A stretch of 38,741 nt of DNA. Origin: a virus. Taxonomy: Duplodnaviria > Caudoviricetes. A program made the position numbers and the translations under genes. How positions within the stretch are numbered: position 1 is the first letter of the stretch; each line of letters opens with the position of its first letter. Below are positions 1 to 9,612 of this stretch, piece by piece. The stretch lies in the IMG/VR virus record IMGVR_UViG_3300024996_000135, positions 1-38,741 of that record, one strand, 5' to 3'. Under the pieces are notes generated by a model. The model ran no database searches. It saw only the letters and a list, made by a program, of their open reading frames with translations, and had not been told where the DNA came from.

Positions 1-219
1 ATGCAAAAAAACATAGGAAAACACAATAAAAGGGATATCAGGCGAGCGGCAACGGTGGAAGAAACAGCCGGTTTGTTAGGCATATCAAAAAATTACGTGC
101 AAAAAGTAATGCGAGGGGACCGGGAAAATGATGAGGTAGTGGCAGTTTTCATGGAACTGAGTGAGCGGAAGAATTATCTATTGGAAGAAGTAAAAAAATT
201 AGTGCCTTTTAATAACTAA
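1..219 (+). CDS. Ner/Cro-like HTH DNA-binding protein
   Basis: Small basic HTH (VEETAGLLGISKNYVQKVMRG) immediately upstream of the transposase, the Mu ner position. Confidence 0.65.
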   Translation: MQKNIGKHNKRDIRRAATVEETAGLLGISKNYVQKVMRGDRENDEVVAVFMELSERKNYLLEEVKKLVPFNN

Positions 220-222
220 GCC

Positions 223-2277
223 ATGGTAAAGAACGAAAAGACACATAACGAGCTATACCTGGAAAGAATTGACCTGGTACCACACATCATGAGTTACGAT
301 GCGTTTATTAAGAATAATCAACGGAACGGGCAGTATTGGAACATGATGCAAAACCCGAATGATGGCCGGATTCCAATGGTGAAATTCGAAACCATGCGGC
401 CCAGCTTAAAGCAGCGAATTAATGATCATTATAATGGCAATGTATATAATCACCTGGCCGCTGCTCCAATCAAAAAACTGGTACAAATTGATCCGCATGC
501 CGAGCAATTTTATAATAGTTACCGGTACGGCAATAACCAGGTGCTACCAGTTGAACACCAGCATCGCTACACAATAGCGGCCAGTTGGCTTAACATGATC
601 ATTACTGTTACCGGTGATAAAAACTTCATCAAAAAAGAGCTTCAACTTACTATAGATCAGTTTTGGCAGAATATCTACGTGCTAATAAAAACAGAGAATG
701 TAGAACTGCCAACTAGTTATGCCAGGCTTGTTGCTAATAAAGACAGCGCTTTAAAAAAGTACAAAGAATCAAAATACGAATCGTTAATCGACTGGCGCTT
801 TGGTAATAAAAATAGTGCTAAGCTTGGTAAAACCTCTGATGGCTTTTGCGCTCAATTAGAAGATCAGCAGCTGGCCATTATAAGAAAATTAGCCCGCTTG
901 CATGTTAATTTTAACCCGGTAGAAATAGAATCATTCGCAAATGATATTTTTCATAAACAAGGTTGGCCAACAGTTTCAGCCGGTACCATTGCTAACCGTA
1001 TAAAAGAACACCTTCCCTCCATTATAAAAGATAGAAACGGTAAAAAGGTATACAACAATAAAGTTGCAATGCAGGTAAGCCGCCAGCGGCCAGAATACCC
1101 TGGATACTACTGGACCCTTGACGGTTGGACGGTCGAGCTACTTTACCAAGATGGGAGCAAGTATGACAACCGGCTTGTTATGGTTGTTGTGCTAGATGTA
1201 ATGAATAATTACCCGGTTGGGTATGCCATTGGCGAAAGGGAAAATACAGAGCTGATCCGTATGGCACTTCGCAATGCTGTAATTCACATGCAGCAATTAT
1301 TTGGAGCTGTGTATAGGCCCTGGCAGTTACAATCAGATCGCTACGGTATAAAAAACCTTACACCATTTTACAACTCGGTTACTCATTTATATACGCCTGC
1401 TGCGGTTGGCAATGCTAAGAGCAAAGTGATAGAACCCTGGTTTAATTACTTCAATAAAAAACGCTGTAAAAAGCAATTTAACTGGAGCGGCCATAACATC
1501 ACATCACGCCCAGGCAACCAGCCGAACACCGAAAAGCTAAATGAAATCAAAAAATCGTTCCCGGATAAGCAGGGCGTCATTGACCAGCTAAACAGACTAA
1601 TGTTGCAAGAGCGTACCGAATTACTGCCAGCCTATAAAGAAGCTTGGATGGCAATGCCAGTCCAGGATCAGATTACACTTACTCCTGAAGATTGCCTGGT
1701 TGTATTTGGCAGAGCTCATACTGAATTTAACCACATCAGCGGCTTGGGTTTGATTGTAACAATCGGAGGTAAAAAATTAACCTTCGACAGTTTTGATCCG
1801 GCATTCCGTGCGCTTCAATTTTCTACCCGCTTCCAATTAATATATGATCCCGAAGATTTAAGCCAAGCCCTGGCAGTTACAGAAGATGGAAAACAACGCT
1901 TCATGTTGCACAACAAAATGAAAGTGGGTATGGGCTTCAAAAACACAACACCTGAGCAGTTGGAATATCGCCAACGTATTAATGACTTTAACAGGCAGCG
2001 CAAAGAAGAGATAGTACAACAAAACCTGATTGATGACGCCATAATTGCGGACGTAATTGAAAACACATTGCAGCTGAGTAATGATGATGAAACGGCCTTG
2101 AAGCTTATGCTCACAGATCAATACGGCCAGCAGAAAGAACGCTTACAAGATGCCAAGGGCTTGAAGAAATTAGAAAATAAAAAAGCTGCAGCTGAACAAT
2201 CAGCAGCGCAGAAAAGTTGGGATGCCCAACAGCAGGAGTACCTAAACAGCAAAACAGATTTATCACAATACTTATAA
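223..2277 (+). CDS. Mu-like DDE transposase (MuA analogue)
   Basis: 684 aa with WTLDGW, VVVLDV..YPVGYAIG, QSDRYG and NAKSKVIEPWF motifs of an integrase-core DDE domain. Confidence 0.9.
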   Translation: MVKNEKTHNELYLERIDLVPHIMSYDAFIKNNQRNGQYWNMMQNPNDGRIPMVKFETMRPSLKQRINDHYNGNVYNHLAAAPIKKLVQIDPHAEQFYNSYRYGNNQVLPVEHQHRYTIAASWLNMIITVTGDKNFIKKELQLTIDQFWQNIYVLIKTENVELPTSYARLVANKDSALKKYKESKYESLIDWRFGNKNSAKLGKTSDGFCAQLEDQQLAIIRKLARLHVNFNPVEIESFANDIFHKQGWPTVSAGTIANRIKEHLPSIIKDRNGKKVYNNKVAMQVSRQRPEYPGYYWTLDGWTVELLYQDGSKYDNRLVMVVVLDVMNNYPVGYAIGERENTELIRMALRNAVIHMQQLFGAVYRPWQLQSDRYGIKNLTPFYNSVTHLYTPAAVGNAKSKVIEPWFNYFNKKRCKKQFNWSGHNITSRPGNQPNTEKLNEIKKSFPDKQGVIDQLNRLMLQERTELLPAYKEAWMAMPVQDQITLTPEDCLVVFGRAHTEFNHISGLGLIVTIGGKKLTFDSFDPAFRALQFSTRFQLIYDPEDLSQALAVTEDGKQRFMLHNKMKVGMGFKNTTPEQLEYRQRINDFNRQRKEEIVQQNLIDDAIIADVIENTLQLSNDDETALKLMLTDQYGQQKERLQDAKGLKKLENKKAAAEQSAAQKSWDAQQQEYLNSKTDLSQYL

Positions 2278-2289
2278 CCCCATCCCATC

Positions 2290-3234
2290 ATGCAAGAAGA
2301 AACTAAATACCAAATTGTACTAGCAGCAAGCCAGTATATCAAAGAAAAAAACTTAAGCCAAAATGAAGTTGCCCGGCTGAGTGGTATTAATAGCGGCTAC
2401 CTCAGCAATATGCTTAACCAAAAATTTATAGTAAGCGTAAAAGGCAAAGATGTAGAGATTGCTGATCGTTGGTTTTATCAGCTCTCCGATTGGGCGCAGC
2501 TTCCCTTTAAAAAACAAGTGTGGGAAGTTATTCCAACCCGCCAATTTTCAGAAATATTAGCACAGCTGGAATATGCCAAAAAAACAAGCAGCGTAATTAC
2601 CCTGGTGGCAGATACCGGCCTTGGAAAAACGTATATCATTGATCGCTTTCAACATCGCCACCCAAGGCAGTGTGTAAAAGTAACAATCAATAGCACCTAC
2701 AAGCTCAAAGATATTTTAGCAGCCATTTGCGATAAAATTGGCGTAGAAGCTGCCTGGAGCACCAGCCAAACACTTACAGCTCTCATTGAAAAATTTAAAG
2801 AGTTAAAACGAAACGGCGAAAAGATGATCATCATTATTGATGAAGCCGAGAATATGCAGCTCCCTGTTTTAAAAATGCTCAAAGGCCTCTATGATGGTAT
2901 TAAAGGATATACATCCATCGCCCTGATTGCTACAGATCAACTGATTCACACACTAGACCGCATGCGCCGCAAAGATGCCACTGGCATACCGCAATTATTT
3001 CGCCGTTTAAAAGCCGGTATAAGGCATATTAATAACCACAACGAAGGGTTTAAACCATTCTTTGAAAAGTACATTCCTAACGACAAAGCCCTGCAAAAAC
3101 TACTACTAACCCTGTGTAGCAATTACGGTGAATTGCACGATTACTTGGAACCCGTTTTAAGAGAAGCTTTTGAAACCGATCAACCCGTTACCGAACACAT
3201 GTTTCGCTTATACCATAACCTTCCAAACTATTAA
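2290..3234 (+). CDS. MuB-like transposition AAA+ ATPase with N-terminal HTH
   Basis: N-terminal XRE-like HTH, Walker A ADTGLGKT, Walker B IIIIDEAE; follows the transposase. Confidence 0.88.
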   Translation: MQEETKYQIVLAASQYIKEKNLSQNEVARLSGINSGYLSNMLNQKFIVSVKGKDVEIADRWFYQLSDWAQLPFKKQVWEVIPTRQFSEILAQLEYAKKTSSVITLVADTGLGKTYIIDRFQHRHPRQCVKVTINSTYKLKDILAAICDKIGVEAAWSTSQTLTALIEKFKELKRNGEKMIIIIDEAENMQLPVLKMLKGLYDGIKGYTSIALIATDQLIHTLDRMRRKDATGIPQLFRRLKAGIRHINNHNEGFKPFFEKYIPNDKALQKLLLTLCSNYGELHDYLEPVLREAFETDQPVTEHMFRLYHNLPNY

Positions 3235-3237
3235 CCC

Positions 3238-3630
3238 ATGGATCAATCAACAACTCATGTACAAAAGTGGCAAATGCAAGCCATAGAAACCCAGGAGGCC
3301 GTATTGCAGCTTCTTAATACTGACCTGGACAGTTTCACAAAATACCAATATCAGTGCGGCATAGCATATCTGCAGTGGCGTTACCCTGTTGATGAAAAGG
3401 CCAGGCATATTTTAGAGCGTAGTAAATTTTTTTGGAACTGGTTCAAGTTCGTTTGGCTGCAATATGATATTAGCTTCTTAAGCTACAAGCGCAGCCTGAT
3501 GGAGTGTTCAAGAGAAACAATTATACAGGCATACGAGGGATTGCATGATCCCCAGGCGATGGCAGTTGATACCCGCCCCAACGCTGTTGTTTTAGAAGAG
3601 TTAAACCCAAAAAAATCATCAATATGCTAA
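3238..3630 (+). CDS. hypothetical phage early protein
   Basis: 130 aa ORF tightly packed in the early operon. Confidence 0.6.
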   Translation: MDQSTTHVQKWQMQAIETQEAVLQLLNTDLDSFTKYQYQCGIAYLQWRYPVDEKARHILERSKFFWNWFKFVWLQYDISFLSYKRSLMECSRETIIQAYEGLHDPQAMAVDTRPNAVVLEELNPKKSSIC

Positions 3631-4040
3631 ATAACTCAGACACAATACTCATACACAAAATACTTGCAGATGCAGAAAAAAAGATAAAAGATGAACTAAA
3701 CGTTCGCTGCAAGGTAGAAGTGACAGAGGTAATTAGTTATGGTATCTCAGATTATTACATTAATCACTGCCTCAATCGCTGGCAGGTAAACATGGCTTAT
3801 ATACGGCAAAAAAAAGGTGACAAACACCATATTGCGCTACGCCAAATTCTTTGTTTTATATTAAGAAAAGAAACAAAGCTGACTTACAATCAAATTGCCA
3901 AGCTACTAAATATAAAAGACCACGGTACTGTTATAAATGCTATAAAAAGGTTCAATAATTATATTGCCACCAATGATCCTTACCTGTTACAATTTTATAA
4001 CCCTGTAAAGGAATTAGTTACCTCCATCCCTCATAAATAA
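3624..4040 (+). CDS. DnaA C-terminal (domain IV-like) HTH protein
   Basis: RQILCFILRKETKLTYNQIAKLLNIKDHGTVINAI resembles the DnaA domain IV pattern RQIAMYL...IG..F..RDHTTV.HA. Confidence 0.75.
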   Translation: MLNNSDTILIHKILADAEKKIKDELNVRCKVEVTEVISYGISDYYINHCLNRWQVNMAYIRQKKGDKHHIALRQILCFILRKETKLTYNQIAKLLNIKDHGTVINAIKRFNNYIATNDPYLLQFYNPVKELVTSIPHK

Positions 4041-4336
4041 TGAAGCTAAAATTAAACAAACATCAAATGCAAGCTCTTGAATTGGAACTGTCAAAAGTAT
4101 TGCAATATGAGCAGTTCGATATTACAGATAAACTACTCGCTATGTTGCTTAACCGGCTATATATATTACTTGCCCGAAAACTCATAGAGTTAAAACCAAA
4201 GTACACAATTACAATCCCAGATGAGTGTGCAATTGCCCTATATCTATATTACCAGGGTATTTCTTACAATCCAGTAGACCAAAGTAACATTATTATTAAA
4301 AACATTTGTAACCAAGTAGATAAGCAATGGAAATAA
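4040..4336 (+). CDS. hypothetical protein
   Basis: 98 aa ORF with overlapping TAATG coupling. Confidence 0.6.
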   Translation: MKLKLNKHQMQALELELSKVLQYEQFDITDKLLAMLLNRLYILLARKLIELKPKYTITIPDECAIALYLYYQGISYNPVDQSNIIIKNICNQVDKQWK

Positions 4337-4488
4337 TACTCTTAATAATCATCATCATTGTTGTACTCATAAAAGTGGTAGGCCTCTATTATGAGTATAT
4401 AGGTCATAAAGAAGAACAGGCAGCAAAAGCCGAGCATTATCGAATTTATAAAAACAGAAATTTTAACCATAAAAAAAATAAAAAATGA
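4327..4488 (+). CDS. small single-pass membrane protein (53 aa, absent from the ORF track)
   Basis: Hand translation MEIILLIIIIIVVLIKVVGLYYEYIGHKEEQAAKAEHYRIYKNRNFNHKKNKK. It fills the gap exactly and its TGA overlaps the next ATG (ATGA). Confidence 0.7.
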   Translation: MEIILLIIIIIVVLIKVVGLYYEYIGHKEEQAAKAEHYRIYKNRNFNHKKNKK

Positions 4489-5126
4489 AATCAGTGAAAT
4501 TTCACACAACGAAAGACAATGTTTGGAGAAATGCATCCGGCGATCTTGTCCCCTTCAATTTCGTTCCTCAATCCGATAAGAAAAAGGAGGTTTTATCAGC
4601 AAAAATGTACAAAGCTGCATTATTGGCCGAGGCAACTTTAAAATCATTTCATCAACAATTAAGTAGTGCTTTTGATACTGTTTCCGACCTCATCAAAGAA
4701 GAATATCAACTGAAGCATAAGAAGCAAAAAAAACAGGGCAAGGGTTCCATTACCTGGTTCAATTTTGACAGGTCCATAAAGATAGAAGCTGATATGAATG
4801 AGATCGTAAAATGGGATAACGCTTTAATGACCGAAGCCCTGGCTCTTCTTAATTCATATTTAAGTAAAAATCTAACAGAAGCCAATGCATTACTTGCAGG
4901 TTTAGTTCAATCTGCTTTTGCAAATAGCCGTGGAATGATTGACAATGCAAAAGTTTTTCAAATACTCAAATACCAGGATAAAATTAAAAACAAAGACTTT
5001 CAGAAATCCTGCGAATTAATGAAGTCCGCTCAGAGCATCGACAAAACCAAGTTGTATATGCGAATATGGGAAAAACAAGAAGATGGCCAATATCGTAATA
5101 TCAATCTAAACTTCTCAAGTATTTAG
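4485..5126 (+). CDS. DUF3164-like Mu-phage early protein
   Basis: W.NA.G.LVP, KGSITWFNFDRSIKIE and C-terminal YMRIWEK...G.Y..I.LNFS motifs. Confidence 0.75.
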   Translation: MKSVKFHTTKDNVWRNASGDLVPFNFVPQSDKKKEVLSAKMYKAALLAEATLKSFHQQLSSAFDTVSDLIKEEYQLKHKKQKKQGKGSITWFNFDRSIKIEADMNEIVKWDNALMTEALALLNSYLSKNLTEANALLAGLVQSAFANSRGMIDNAKVFQILKYQDKIKNKDFQKSCELMKSAQSIDKTKLYMRIWEKQEDGQYRNINLNFSSI

Positions 5127-5240
5127 CCCTAAAATGGCTTTTAATACCTCAATAAATGCCATTTTTTACCCAAAAAACGCATTAAAAACAACGTAATTAA
5201 CACATAATCAAAAGACTAAGGAATAAATCAACTGATAAAA

Positions 5241-6008
5241 ATGGAAGGATTGGCACCAAAAATACTACCTGCAATGGGCTTGTTGAAAACAGCGCAAAAG
5301 CCGCCTAAGAAAAAGAAAACCAAAGTATTACGACCTTCACAAATCATCAATAAAGAAAGGCGTTATATCCAGTTAGACGGCCCTATTGGAGACAGTATTG
5401 GTAAACTTGAACTTGGCACTAAAATATTCATAACCGGCAAGTCTTTTAGCGGTAAATCCACTTTCATATCAATGCTATGCGCTGCCATCAGCCAGCACGT
5501 AAAAGTTGATTACAATACCCATGAAGAAAAAGGTGGCGATGCCAGTACCATCATTGAGAAAATGAAATATGCGGGCATCACAGAGCTTCACGATACAGCC
5601 ATCCGTTATTACCAGGCGCCCATTGAAAGTAGTACACAAGAGACGTTTGCAGAAGTACTCAGCCGAAAAGGCAGCGCAGGATTTGCCGTGCTTGATTCCA
5701 TCCAGCATGCACAAATGTCAAAAAAAGATTACATCGCTTTTACCAATCGTTTTTGCAATGCTCGCCGGGGTAAAATAGTGGCTTTTATATCGCACTGGCA
5801 AAAGAATGATTTTGTACTGCATGTAAAACACGACTGCGATGTAAAGCTTGAAGCAATGGGATATGTGGTATATGTTGAAAGCCGAATGGAAGGGGCCAGT
5901 AATATGCCTATTGTTATTTGGGAAGAGGGAGCCAAAAAAGCATGGGGCAAAAATTTTAAAAAAGTAATAGCCGGAAAGTACTGGCCCGGTAAAAAGAATA
6001 CAAAATAA
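5241..6008 (+). CDS. RecA/RadA-like P-loop ATPase
   Basis: Walker A GKSFSGKST and Walker B AVLDSIQ. Confidence 0.75.
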   Translation: MEGLAPKILPAMGLLKTAQKPPKKKKTKVLRPSQIINKERRYIQLDGPIGDSIGKLELGTKIFITGKSFSGKSTFISMLCAAISQHVKVDYNTHEEKGGDASTIIEKMKYAGITELHDTAIRYYQAPIESSTQETFAEVLSRKGSAGFAVLDSIQHAQMSKKDYIAFTNRFCNARRGKIVAFISHWQKNDFVLHVKHDCDVKLEAMGYVVYVESRMEGASNMPIVIWEEGAKKAWGKNFKKVIAGKYWPGKKNTK

Positions 6009-6013
6009 TTACT

Positions 6014-6229
6014 ATGGAAAGATTGCAACAAACAACCATTAAAGAACTCCAAGTAGGAGATCGCTTTTATCGCACGGGCGATAAAAAAAAGACGGTATTT
6101 ACCGTTGTGAAATGCCCGATTAAAAAAACTTACTTCCGCACTTACCGCTATTTTGCTTTAGCCGATGGAGAGCTGCACCCGCACCCCATTAATCTATCAA
6201 CCCAATTAACCTTTTTACGCCATGCATAA
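6014..6229 (+). CDS. hypothetical protein
   Basis: 71 aa ORF in the operon. Confidence 0.55.
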   Translation: MERLQQTTIKELQVGDRFYRTGDKKKTVFTVVKCPIKKTYFRTYRYFALADGELHPHPINLSTQLTFLRHA

Positions 6230-6493
6230 CATTAAAATAACGTTTGAAGATTGGGGACAGGACTTCCTGGAATTTATCTGCTCCGAAAATGGAGAAATTT
6301 TAGATGTTCAACCCTTTCAACATTGGGTTTGGAAACGTTTTACAGTCAATAATATTGATGAAGTACAAGTGGGAGGCTTTGCTATTTTGCATGAAGAAGG
6401 CGAATTTTTACAGCTCCGATACCCTATTGAAAAAATAGAGAGAATTGAAATTTTATAAATCCAACCCAATTAACCTTTTTGCGGCATGCCTAA
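6198..6493 (+). repeat. 32-bp imperfect direct repeat (6198-6229 and 6462-6493) flanking one ORF
   Basis: caacccaattaacctttttacgccatgcataa versus caacccaattaacctttttgcggcatgcctaa, 29/32 identical. Confidence 0.85.
6222..6458 (+). CDS. hypothetical protein
   Basis: 78 aa acidic ORF between the direct repeats. Confidence 0.6.
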   Translation: MHNIKITFEDWGQDFLEFICSENGEILDVQPFQHWVWKRFTVNNIDEVQVGGFAILHEEGEFLQLRYPIEKIERIEIL

Positions 6494-6534
6494 TTTGAAA
6501 ACAACATCATTTAAACACATCATCATCATTTATT

Positions 6535-8028
6535 ATGCCTCGTAAAAATTCATACATAACCTTCACAGATCAGTTTTGCGGTGCCGGTGGCAGCTCTCAG
6601 GGTGTACGCTCTTTATCAAAGAAAAAAGGAGGTGGAATAGAAGTTAAAATGGCTTTAAACCACTGGAAATTGGCCATTGAAACACACGAAACTAATTTTC
6701 CCGAAACGCTCCACGATTGCACAGATATATCAGCATGCGATCCACGCCGCTATCCTTCCACTGATGTGATGGTAACCTCCCCTGAATGCACTACTCATAC
6801 CCCAGCCGGAGGGAACCATCATAAAGCTTTGAAAGCACAAATGGATTTGTTTGCATCAGGTAAAATTGATCCCGCCACAGAGCGAAGCAGAGCAACCATG
6901 TGGGATGTATGCCGCTTTGCAGAGTATCATAAATACAATGCCATCATAGTTGAAAATGTGGTGGAAGCAAAAACCCGGTGGCCGCTATTCGATAACTGGC
7001 TCACCTGCATGCATACATTGGGCTATAACCATAAATGTGTTTACTTGAATAGTATGCATTGCCACCCAACGCCACAAAGCAGGGATCGGATGTATGTGGT
7101 GTTTTGGAAAAAAGGGAATAAAGCGCCTGATCTTGATTTTAAACCCACTGCTTATTGTGGCAAATGTTGCAAAGATGTACAGAGCGTTCAAACATGGAAA
7201 AACCCATACAAACAGTATGGCAAGTATCGTTCTCAATATGTTTATTCATGCCCTTCATGCACCACCGCAGTAGAGCCTTATTATTATGCTGCAATGAATA
7301 TCATTGATTGGAGTGATAGAGGCCAAAGGATTGGGGATAGAAAAAAGCCGCTTGCTTCAAAATCAGTAGATCGCATTGAACGTGGGTTGAAAATGTTTGG
7401 CGATGTTCCTTTACAGTTTCATGCTGCATACAGTGATCAGGCAAGAGGCGTGGTAAGGCCACTTACTTCTTATGGTTTTGCACAAACTACTTTCTCATCA
7501 CAGGCAATTGCATTGCCGCCAGTTCCATACATAATCAAGATGGAAAACCTCAGCAATGGTGATAATAATATAAGGTCGGCTGCTGATGTTATGCAGGCGC
7601 AAACATGCACTCATAGTAGTGGCATTGTTTTCCTTACAGAATATACAAGCAAGGGCAAAGCGAGGGCTATAACAAATGTGTTAAATACTGCCACATCAAG
7701 AGAAAAAATGGGCATCCTTACTGATGGTGCTTTAAATGCGTTTTTATCTTATTACAATGGTGGCACAGATCAGGCCAGCCATTTATTAGCATCAACCGGC
7801 ACACAGCCAACCGGGCAAAGGCTCAGCCTGGTATCATATACACAGCCTAAAATTGAAGACTGTTATTACCGCATGCTGAAAGATGAAGAAGTAAAGCTCT
7901 CAATGGCTTTTGATAAAGACTATATCATATTAGGCACTTCCAAAAACAAGGTAAAACAATGCGGCAATGCTGTAACACCACCAGCAATGGAGTGGATAGC
8001 CGGGCAAGTAATTGAATCATTCAACTAA
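6535..8028 (+). CDS. DNA (cytosine-5) methyltransferase
   Basis: Motif I DQFCGAGG, catalytic SPECT, ENV, QSRDRMY and motif X KQCGNAV; CxxC...CxxC insert. Confidence 0.92.
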   Translation: MPRKNSYITFTDQFCGAGGSSQGVRSLSKKKGGGIEVKMALNHWKLAIETHETNFPETLHDCTDISACDPRRYPSTDVMVTSPECTTHTPAGGNHHKALKAQMDLFASGKIDPATERSRATMWDVCRFAEYHKYNAIIVENVVEAKTRWPLFDNWLTCMHTLGYNHKCVYLNSMHCHPTPQSRDRMYVVFWKKGNKAPDLDFKPTAYCGKCCKDVQSVQTWKNPYKQYGKYRSQYVYSCPSCTTAVEPYYYAAMNIIDWSDRGQRIGDRKKPLASKSVDRIERGLKMFGDVPLQFHAAYSDQARGVVRPLTSYGFAQTTFSSQAIALPPVPYIIKMENLSNGDNNIRSAADVMQAQTCTHSSGIVFLTEYTSKGKARAITNVLNTATSREKMGILTDGALNAFLSYYNGGTDQASHLLASTGTQPTGQRLSLVSYTQPKIEDCYYRMLKDEEVKLSMAFDKDYIILGTSKNKVKQCGNAVTPPAMEWIAGQVIESFN

Positions 8029-8040
8029 TCTAAATAAACA

Positions 8041-8460
8041 ATGCGCCAGTTTCAAATAACCTCACCCAATTTTAAAGGCACGGCCATACTGCAGTACGAT
8101 GCCAATAACCGGCTGGTTAAAATTGATGTAAGTGATACATCAATGAGTATAAATGCCATCAATACCTTTAAAGCTTACATACCTGCCGATTTTGACATGT
8201 TGCAGCAATGCATCAGCAACACTAAGCTCACTGTAATAGAATCAGGCTATGTTATTCCATTCGAAGATTTTTGGGATAAGTACAAAAAGAAAGTAAACCG
8301 GCTGCGGGCAATTAAAGAATGGAACCACCTGCGCCCGGAAGAAAAAATAAAAGCCCTGGCAGGTATTAGCAAATACAATCAGTATGTAGAACGCACCGGT
8401 ATTGGCAAACTTGATCCGGATAATTATTTAAAAAACAAACGCTTTACAGATGAATACTAA
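8041..8460 (+). CDS. hypothetical phage protein
   Basis: C-terminal FEDFWDKY.KK....A...W..L motif seen in phage replication-region proteins. Confidence 0.6.
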   Translation: MRQFQITSPNFKGTAILQYDANNRLVKIDVSDTSMSINAINTFKAYIPADFDMLQQCISNTKLTVIESGYVIPFEDFWDKYKKKVNRLRAIKEWNHLRPEEKIKALAGISKYNQYVERTGIGKLDPDNYLKNKRFTDEY

Positions 8461-8632
8461 TATCAAATTTACCCCGTACAGTAGTTCCTTTTACCAGGGC
8501 TACGAAATTATATACGAGAATGGGTTTTATACAATTACCATATTACCCATGCTGCCCTTTATTAGTTTGGCAGCTGCTAAGGCTTATATTGATCAACTGA
8601 AAACAGCATCCAATGAACCAGGAACAGTATAA
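8450..8632 (+). CDS. hypothetical protein
   Basis: 60 aa ORF overlapping both neighbours. Confidence 0.5.
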   Translation: MNTNIKFTPYSSSFYQGYEIIYENGFYTITILPMLPFISLAAAKAYIDQLKTASNEPGTV

Positions 8633-9017
8633 GGCAGCGTATGCCATTTTACATAAAACAGGCCTTATTGCCCAAAAAGAAAACATTGTAGCCTCCATAA
8701 GCCAGGGACGCACCACCAGCATGCGGGGGCTGAACCATCAGGAAAGCATTGACCTGATACGCTATTTAAAAGAAAGCCAGCCCTCAAATAATGATCGGGA
8801 TAAAATGATTCGGAAACTTTATTATTATTGCCACCAAATGGGGTGGACAAAGCTAAACCCACAAGGAAGGCTGGTAGCCAATGGCCAGCAGTTCGATGAA
8901 TGGGCCGTTAAGCATAGCTACCTAAAGAAAAAATTACAGGCATATACATACCCGGAATTACCTAAATTAGTAAGCCAGTTTGAACAGGTATATAAATCAC
9001 ATTTAAAAGCGTTTTAA
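8613..9017 (+). CDS. GemA/gp16-like (DUF1018-like) regulatory protein
   Basis: GRTTSMRGL...E...LI..L and EL.KLV.QFE motifs; Mu gemA position. Confidence 0.65.
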   Translation: MNQEQYKAAYAILHKTGLIAQKENIVASISQGRTTSMRGLNHQESIDLIRYLKESQPSNNDRDKMIRKLYYYCHQMGWTKLNPQGRLVANGQQFDEWAVKHSYLKKKLQAYTYPELPKLVSQFEQVYKSHLKAF

Positions 9018-9018
9018 T

Positions 9019-9597
9019 ATGAAGAAAATAATTATTTTAGTTTTCAGCTTTTGTATTGTAAATACTTCTACCGCTCAAAAAGAGTGGGAAAAGCTGAACA
9101 TGGATTCTATAACATTTGCTTATAAATTCGGTAGTGAAACCGAATTTAAAATGCAACAGCAAATTATGAATAGCAGTAGAAATGGATATAGAGTTTTTTT
9201 GATAGGAGCAAAAGCAGGGTATTTAAATTACTTGCTACTTTATTTAATGCAAAAACATTGGGAAATATCAACAAAAGAAACGGATGGAGCCATAACGGCA
9301 ACCGCTACAATGTACAATAACGAAAAGGCTTACAATGCAAAATTGAATATGTCATTTTTTAGAAATAAAGAAAATAGAATTACTAAAGTAACTATTTCTG
9401 GAACTGCCAATGATGTTATTGATATGTTTATTTTTTATTGGGAAAACTTTGATTTCGATTATAATAGACTTAAAACTAATAGGGAAATTTGCACTAATAA
9501 TGCCTCAGATAAAGTGTGTTTTTCCTGGAAAAATGCAAATCCTCAAATCTCTATTATAAAAGGCCCAATAGATTTTCAATTCGAAAAAATAAAATAA
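9019..9597 (+). CDS. exported hypothetical protein (moron-like)
   Basis: Sec signal MKKIIILVFSFCIVNTSTA-Q; visibly AT-rich DNA. Confidence 0.7.
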   Translation: MKKIIILVFSFCIVNTSTAQKEWEKLNMDSITFAYKFGSETEFKMQQQIMNSSRNGYRVFLIGAKAGYLNYLLLYLMQKHWEISTKETDGAITATATMYNNEKAYNAKLNMSFFRNKENRITKVTISGTANDVIDMFIFYWENFDFDYNRLKTNREICTNNASDKVCFSWKNANPQISIIKGPIDFQFEKIK

Positions 9598-9601
9598 TTC
9601 C

Positions 9602-9609
9602 TATATTTG
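9602..9609 (+). promoter_or_regulatory. Bacteroidetes sigma-70 -7 element
   Basis: TATATTTG matches TAnnTTTG and lies directly before the structured antirepressor leader. Confidence 0.65.
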
Positions 9610-9612
9610 AAT

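Noticed and set aside
5131-5167. AAAATGGC...GCCATTTT inverted repeat as a terminator
   Set aside because: The stem is AT-rich with a 19-nt loop, too weak to call.
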